From Gemmatimonadota bacterium (GTDB lineage: Bacteria; Latescibacterota; UBA2968; UBA8231): a stretch of 64,000 nt of DNA. How positions within the stretch are numbered: position 1 is the first letter of the stretch; the number at the start of each line of letters is the position of its first letter. Shown one piece after another: positions 58,441 through 64,000 of this stretch. The position numbers and the translations under genes were made by a program. Under the pieces are notes generated by a model. It had not been told where the DNA came from. It did not search any database and saw nothing but the letters and a program-made list of their open reading frames with translations. Location of the stretch: positions 11,021 to 75,020 of the forward strand of contig JAYOYH010000012.1 in NCBI GenBank assembly GCA_038153405.1, given 5' to 3'.

Positions 58441-60270
58441 CTATTCGTTGCGCACGCGCTGCCAAAGGTCTGGGGCCGCGTGCTGTGCCGCGCGCAACAA
58501 TTGCGCGCCTTCGCCCTCTCTGCCTGTAAGTTTGAGTAGCACTCCCAAGTTGTATAGAGCAGCAAAATAGGTGCTGTCTTCCCGTATCGCAGTCCTGTAG
58601 TACTTTTCCGCTTCGTCTAGCCTGTCCATCTGATTATGTAAAAAGCCTAACTCGTAATAAGCAACGGAACGCTCACCGCCCAGTTTCAACGCATCCAATA
58701 GCACGCGCTCAGCTATTTCGCTCTGCCCCGCCAAACGCAGCGCCTGGCCCCACCGTATGTGGTGGGTCATATCCCACGGATCTAACTCGACTGTTTGTCG
58801 ACATGCTTCAACAGCTTCTTTTGCGTATTGCCCTTGTATCAGCACTTCACAGAGCCCAGCATTCGTCTCTATATCTCGAGCGTCAAGGCGTATTGCCGAA
58901 CGGAAATAGGACACAGCCGAATCGGCTTCGTCACACATATTGAAAGCCCTAGCCAAGTTTTTCTGTGGTAATACCCATTCGGGGGAAAGCTCTATAGCAC
59001 GACGAAAATGCATCGTTACCTGTTCGCAACTTGTTGAAAGCCTAGCGATGTTGTTATAGATACGCGGATTGTCGGGAGCTACGGCCAGCGTCGCCTGCCA
59101 AATGGACAGTTCGCTTGAATACTCGGCGTTGCGTTTTACCGTCAGGCCTGAAAACCCCGCAACGACCACCGACAATACCACATTGCGAATGGAAACACTC
59201 CACCCCTTACTGTGCCACAGCGCATGAATACCCGACACAACGAGCGCAATGAGCGGTATAAGCGGCAGATACATGCGCCGCTCGGCGCCCACCTCCGTCA
59301 CAATAGGTACAATGCTCGACGTGGGCGATAGCAATATAAAAAATCCCACGGCAGCAAAACCCACGCGCGGTTGTCGGTACAGCGCCGCGCCGCTCATTGC
59401 CAATAGCAGCGCGATCGACAGCAACTGCGGCCATACTTCGACCACCGTCACTGTGCCGGCAAAACCATAGTCGAACAGCAGTGGATGCGGCCAGAACGCA
59501 CTGCGCAAATAGTCGACTAAAATATCGGATTGGATGAGCGCATAGGTGAACGGAGAGATCTGCAGTCCCCAGCCGGCGGTATCGCCGCGCGGACCTTCTG
59601 CCACCAATACAGCCAACAGCAACCAGCTGGCCATGAACCCTGCATAGATGCGCCGCCGTTGCCTCCAAGCCGCGCGCCAGCTATCGAATAGATATACTCT
59701 GTCGTAGAGGGCGATCAGCACGGGGGCCGTTACCATCGACTCCTTACAGGCCATGCCAGCCGCACACGATACCACAGATGCACACTCCCATACCCAACAG
59801 TTGCGACCGCGCGCCGCGCGCTGGGCGGCATACAACGCAGCTAAATAACACAGCGCCATGAGCTGCTCGCTGCGCTGAGATATGTAGTTAATGCATTCGG
59901 AATTAAGCGGATGAATCAGCCAGACCAGCGCAACGACAAGCGCTTTCCCATCCGACAATACGGGGCGCAATACCGCCCAACAGAGCCATGAACACAAGAT
60001 GTGCAGCGCAAGGTTAACCACTCGGAAGTGGGCAACATCGTAACCGCTCAGGGCATAGCTGATCGCAAAGCTCAGCCGCACCAATGGACGCCCATCTGTT
60101 GGGAGGCCTCGAGTTTCGGCATTGGCGGGTAAGAGCTGGCGAATCGACTCGTTTTTCAGTATGCCAACATGGTCGTCAAAGACAAAGGGGTTACTCAGGC
60201 TATTGGCGTATAGAGCACACCCGACGACCAAGAGCAGCCACAGAGGACGCGTTCTCTCGTACAACGCCAT
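58441..60270 (-). CDS. TMTC/DUF1736-like GT-C protein with TPR repeats (putative protein O-mannosyltransferase)
   Basis: FVFDD, RPL, HPL..E.INY..QRSE, CKE, WP.PL..DY, AERRMYLP, RN, C-terminal TPRs. Confidence 0.82.
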   Translation of the reverse strand: MALYERTRPLWLLLVVGCALYANSLSNPFVFDDHVGILKNESIRQLLPANAETRGLPTDGRPLVRLSFAISYALSGYDVAHFRVVNLALHILCSWLCWAVLRPVLSDGKALVVALVWLIHPLNSECINYISQRSEQLMALCYLAALYAAQRAARGRNCWVWECASVVSCAAGMACKESMVTAPVLIALYDRVYLFDSWRAAWRQRRRIYAGFMASWLLLAVLVAEGPRGDTAGWGLQISPFTYALIQSDILVDYLRSAFWPHPLLFDYGFAGTVTVVEVWPQLLSIALLLAMSGAALYRQPRVGFAAVGFFILLSPTSSIVPIVTEVGAERRMYLPLIPLIALVVSGIHALWHSKGWSVSIRNVVLSVVVAGFSGLTVKRNAEYSSELSIWQATLAVAPDNPRIYNNIARLSTSCEQVTMHFRRAIELSPEWVLPQKNLARAFNMCDEADSAVSYFRSAIRLDARDIETNAGLCEVLIQGQYAKEAVEACRQTVELDPWDMTHHIRWGQALRLAGQSEIAERVLLDALKLGGERSVAYYELGFLHNQMDRLDEAEKYYRTAIREDSTYFAALYNLGVLLKLTGREGEGAQLLRAAQHAAPDLWQRVRNE

Positions 60271-60276
60271 GCGCGC

Positions 60277-61443
60277 CTATGCACCCTCGCCCGGCACCAA
60301 AAACATTTCGCGCCGGTAGGGAAGGAACGCTCCCTGCTGACAGTAGAGCGCGTGATAGCGAGCTACTTTTTCTTCGTCCACTTCGACGCCTAAACCAACT
60401 CCCTGCGGCACGCCCCAGTGCGGGCCATCGGCGATGGGTAAGCGCTCGCGCACAATGTCGTCTTCCATCATGGCGGCCACCTGCTGATTGCCATCGACTA
60501 CGTTTGGCAAGGTCAGGCAGACGTGGTGCGACGCGGCGGCCATAAGACCCAATTCGCCGTGCGTATGGCGACACACCTTCAGACTCTGGCCGTGTGCTTG
60601 CCAACTCAAGCGGTGAAATTGACCCAGCGTGCCCACCCAATTGCTGCTGAAGCACAGCACGTCGGCCGCGCGCCGCCCAATGACTTCGCGCACGTCGCAT
60701 ACGCGCCACAGCCCCTCGTTGGCGCAGAGCGCAACCGGCGTCTGCCGACGCACTTCGACCATATTGTCAACCGGATCTGGCCATACTGGCTGTTCGGCGA
60801 AATCGATGCGATAGGCGTCAAATGCATTCAGGTTGCGGATTGCCTCGTTCACGCTCCAGGCGCCGTTGGCATCAATGCGGATTTTACGCTGCGGCCCAAT
60901 TGCCGAACGCAGCGCAGCAACCGCTGCCAATTCGCGCTCTAAGTCAATGCCTACCTTCAGGTAGAACACGCCGTACCCCCGTTCGACGCCCTCCACCGCC
61001 TGCGCGGCCACCGCGTCGGGGTCGCCGTAGGACAGATAGTAGAAGTAGTCGACGGAATCGCGCTGTAGACCGCCGAACAAGTTGTAGAGCGGCTGACCAG
61101 CGGCTTTGCCGCACAAATCCCAGAGCGCCATATCGAGTCCTGCAAAGGCAAAATTGCCGCTCATCTCGCGGTGGTACCAATGTGCCGTCATAAAAAAGTC
61201 CCGCGCTATCGCCTCGCGCTGCCACGGGTCGCGACCGACAAAGAGCGGGGCAACCGAATCGAGCGCCGCACAAATGCTCTCGACGTTGGGCCCAGGGCAG
61301 CTTTCACCCCAGCCGACCAAACCGCAGTCCGTGCTGACTTTGACCAACACGGCCGTAACTCCATCGCGGCGTACGCGCGACGACGTCTCGCGATGCTTAT
61401 AGGGCACGCTGACCATCGTGTTCTCAATCGACGTAATCTTCAT
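60277..61443 (-). CDS. Mandelate racemase / muconate lactonizing enzyme family protein
   Basis: GWGE, DMALWDLCGK, RIDANGAW, EQP, ANE, GLGVEVDE. Confidence 0.92.
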   Translation of the reverse strand: MKITSIENTMVSVPYKHRETSSRVRRDGVTAVLVKVSTDCGLVGWGESCPGPNVESICAALDSVAPLFVGRDPWQREAIARDFFMTAHWYHREMSGNFAFAGLDMALWDLCGKAAGQPLYNLFGGLQRDSVDYFYYLSYGDPDAVAAQAVEGVERGYGVFYLKVGIDLERELAAVAALRSAIGPQRKIRIDANGAWSVNEAIRNLNAFDAYRIDFAEQPVWPDPVDNMVEVRRQTPVALCANEGLWRVCDVREVIGRRAADVLCFSSNWVGTLGQFHRLSWQAHGQSLKVCRHTHGELGLMAAASHHVCLTLPNVVDGNQQVAAMMEDDIVRERLPIADGPHWGVPQGVGLGVEVDEEKVARYHALYCQQGAFLPYRREMFLVPGEGA

Positions 61444-61484
61444 GAAGACACCTTAACAAGTCGAAGAAGACTGGCGAACCGGCA

Positions 61485-63269
61485 TTACGTCTGCGCAGGT
61501 TGCAGACCCAGCAGCACGAGCAGCCAGGTGCGATGCCAGTAGGCGCTGTTGATGTAGGGATTGTTCTGCGACGGCCAGTTCGTCCAATAGGTTTCGTTGT
61601 GCGGAATGCGGTGATACCACTGCAGTATGGGCACGGAGGGCTGCTCCGCTAGCCAGATATCCATGGCTTGGCGAAAGAGTCCGACCAGCTGCGGGTCGTC
61701 GGGAGAAGTCTGTCCCATTTGGTCGACTAACCGATCAAAATCCTCGTTAGACCAGCGCCAAAAGTGCTCGGCGGGCTGGCCCGTCGGCTTGACAAAACGG
61801 CTGTGGTAGAGGCGGAGCGTAAAGTAGGGGTCGCGCACCGAACCAGCGTGACCCTGTATATAGGCGCGCGCTTCACCTTGCGACATCTGGTCGTAGACGT
61901 CGGATAGCATGCGAAACGACGCGTCGAAACCTGCTTTTTGCAGCTGCGCAACGAGCACCTGGCCGATATCGTTGAACGCGCCAAAAATATTGATCGCCAT
62001 GCGCACCGTTTGCCCATCATTTTCCCACAGACCCTCTTCGTTTCGAACCCAACCACTCTGTTGCATCAGCGCCGCGCTCTTGTCTAGGTCATACACTCCC
62101 GCACCGTATTTCTCCAGTAGGTCAGCGATGGAGTCCGTGTAGCGGCGCAGCGGTGGAAAGTCGGGAAAGGGCAGGTTCGCCGTCGAACCACTGCCCTGCC
62201 AAGCAACTTCGACTAGCTGTTCGCGGTCGATGGCAAAGCTGATGGCACGGCGCACAACGGAATCGGAAAAAGGCCACTCCTGCGCATTAAAGCCCAGGGC
62301 AATGGGCCACCAGTCGAGATAGCCAAAAGGCGGCTGCCGCCCGGTCCACGTCGTCAAATTGGGATTGCCCTCGACCATGGCGCGAACGTTAGGTGGCCGC
62401 GAATCGACGCAGGTATCCAGCGCGTTGGCCAACAGCAGCTGCACGCGCTTGGCCTCTTCTACGTAGGGTAAAAAAATCAGCCGTTCGACTTTCGGCAGTG
62501 CGCGAAAGCCCATTTCGGCAGCCCACCAGTCTGCGCGCACATCCCATACGCGCTGTTCGGTGCTCGACAACACCAACTCATAGGGTCCGCTGACGACGGG
62601 CCAGCCCTGGGTCATGTCGAAATTGGCGAATTCTTCGACGTTGCGCCCAGCCCAGATATGCTTGGGCACAATGGGCACACCGTTGTCGAAATTGTGGGTG
62701 AAATAAGAAAAAATAAAGCGCGGATTGGCTGCTGTCAGTGTGATGTGCGCCGTGTGGTCATCGACGGCCACGGCCTCTTTGACCCACGTTTCCATATCCG
62801 TTGAATAGAGCAGTATTGGCGCATGATCCTTCAGCATGTTGATGGTGAAGACCAGATCGTGCGCCGTCCACGGGTGCCCGTCGCTCCAGCGCACACCGTC
62901 GCGAATGTGCACGGTCACTTCGGTATAGGCGTCGTTGAATTCGTGCCCTGTCGCTATCCAGGGAATGATATTATCACCGCTCTCGGCGTAGGCATTGTAG
63001 AAGTAGAGCGGCTCGTAGAGGAACTGATAACCCGTGCGCGACACGCGTCCCGGTATATAGGGATTGAAGGTATCGTAGTCCTTCATCTGACCCGCACACG
63101 TCCCCGGGTCGACGCAGTCTAGAATCAGCGTGCGATTGCGCGGCACCTGCGCCAAATTGCCGCCCTGCGCAGCGCCATCGGCCCGATTGCCCATCTGCGT
63201 CTGCTCACTGCTCCCGCAGGCCATCAGCACGGCGATGCAGGCAATCCGCATCCACTCATATGGCTTCAT
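61485..63269 (-). CDS. ABC transporter substrate-binding lipoprotein, family 5 (paralog 2)
   Basis: Lipobox LMAC; long identical blocks with 49048-50802 (VPRNRTLI, SVRDPYFTLRLYHSRFV, QWYHRIPHNETYWTNWP, PYINSAYWHR). Confidence 0.9.
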   Translation of the reverse strand: MKPYEWMRIACIAVLMACGSSEQTQMGNRADGAAQGGNLAQVPRNRTLILDCVDPGTCAGQMKDYDTFNPYIPGRVSRTGYQFLYEPLYFYNAYAESGDNIIPWIATGHEFNDAYTEVTVHIRDGVRWSDGHPWTAHDLVFTINMLKDHAPILLYSTDMETWVKEAVAVDDHTAHITLTAANPRFIFSYFTHNFDNGVPIVPKHIWAGRNVEEFANFDMTQGWPVVSGPYELVLSSTEQRVWDVRADWWAAEMGFRALPKVERLIFLPYVEEAKRVQLLLANALDTCVDSRPPNVRAMVEGNPNLTTWTGRQPPFGYLDWWPIALGFNAQEWPFSDSVVRRAISFAIDREQLVEVAWQGSGSTANLPFPDFPPLRRYTDSIADLLEKYGAGVYDLDKSAALMQQSGWVRNEEGLWENDGQTVRMAINIFGAFNDIGQVLVAQLQKAGFDASFRMLSDVYDQMSQGEARAYIQGHAGSVRDPYFTLRLYHSRFVKPTGQPAEHFWRWSNEDFDRLVDQMGQTSPDDPQLVGLFRQAMDIWLAEQPSVPILQWYHRIPHNETYWTNWPSQNNPYINSAYWHRTWLLVLLGLQPAQT

Positions 63270-63355
63270 TGGAACCTCTTCTCCAAAAAAACAGAGACGC
63301 CCACGGTGCCACACTGCGATGTGCACGGCGCGCTCTGTGTCATAGCGAAAATTAT

Positions 63356-64000
63356 CTATCGCGATCTGCGCTCGATGTGTGCTCCCAGCGCGCGCAGACT
63401 CTCGTCTATTTGCTCGTAGCCGCGGTCCAATTCCTCAATGCCGCGTATGACCGAACGCCCATTGGCCAAAATGGCTGCTATCAGGTAGGTAAACCCGGCG
63501 CGCAGGTCGGGAATGGCAATTTCCGAGCCCACCAGCGTGGCGGGCCCGCGAATGACCGCGCTGTGCCGATGACCGCTAGCGGCAAAGCGACAGGTGTGGC
63601 CGCCAAGGCAGGTGTCGTACACTTCGATATCGGCGCCCATCTTCTGCAATTCGCGCACGTAGACAAAGCGATCTTCAAATACGGTCTCGTGCACCACGCT
63701 CATGCCATCGGCCTGCGTTAATAGGAGCGCAAACGGCGGCTGCCAATCCGTCATAAAACCCGGGTGCACCGTCGTCTCTACGGCGATTGAGCGCAGCGGC
63801 CCGTCGCAAAAAAACCGAATGCCATCGCTCTGCACTTCAAAACCGCCGCCGACGCGACGCAGCGCATTCAGAAACGTCAGCATATCACCCTGGCGCGCAC
63901 CGCGCACGAATAGATCGCCGCCCGAGGCCACCGCCGCCGCCCCCAGCGAGGCGGCCACCAATCGGTCCGGCATAATCTCATGCGCGGCACCGCCCAGCGA
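63356..64000 (-). CDS. murA: UDP-N-acetylglucosamine 1-carboxyvinyltransferase, C-terminal part (5' end outside window)
   Basis: MPDR, HPGFMTDWQ, HETVFEDR, PDLRAG, LDRGYE. Confidence 0.92.
   Translation of the reverse strand, partial: SLGGAAHEIMPDRLVAASLGAAAVASGGDLFVRGARQGDMLTFLNALRRVGGGFEVQSDGIRFFCDGPLRSIAVETTVHPGFMTDWQPPFALLLTQADGMSVVHETVFEDRFVYVRELQKMGADIEVYDTCLGGHTCRFAASGHRHSAVIRGPATLVGSEIAIPDLRAGFTYLIAAILANGRSVIRGIEELDRGYEQIDESLRALGAHIERRSR

Overview
A roughly 60-63% GC, gene-dense bacterial chromosomal segment. I saw no rRNA, tRNA, CRISPR array or mobile element. The gene content (paralogous PhyH dioxygenases, orphan family-5 ABC binding lipoproteins, D-aminoacylases, a sulfatase, and large exported proteins with FlgD/CHU_C-like tails) resembles Ca. 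Latescibacterota/FCB-group genomes; that assignment is inference. Housekeeping genes include umuDC, hemA, class I fumarase, moeA, acs, a GH133 debranching enzyme and a partial murA. Most notable: (1) a ~14 kb operon (14007-28283, minus strand, mostly translationally coupled) in which three secreted proteins with a TPN(G/D)DG(I/V)ND FlgD/CHU_C-like tail are interleaved with two paralogous ~900-aa putative outer-membrane proteins and an internalin-like LRR lipoprotein, a candidate undescribed surface-display/secretion system; (2) a sigma54-driven DUF2892 mini-operon followed by an unannotated small ORF with an in-frame UGA and a SECIS-like hairpin (candidate selenoprotein); (3) a fused double-DUF1538 membrane protein followed by a single-chain triple PII-like protein; (4) a perfect 18-bp-arm palindrome over the umuDC promoter (candidate SOS operator); (5) an ECF sigma/anti-sigma/Spy module with a recognisable shared promoter motif. 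All calls come from reading motifs by eye; no database search was run.
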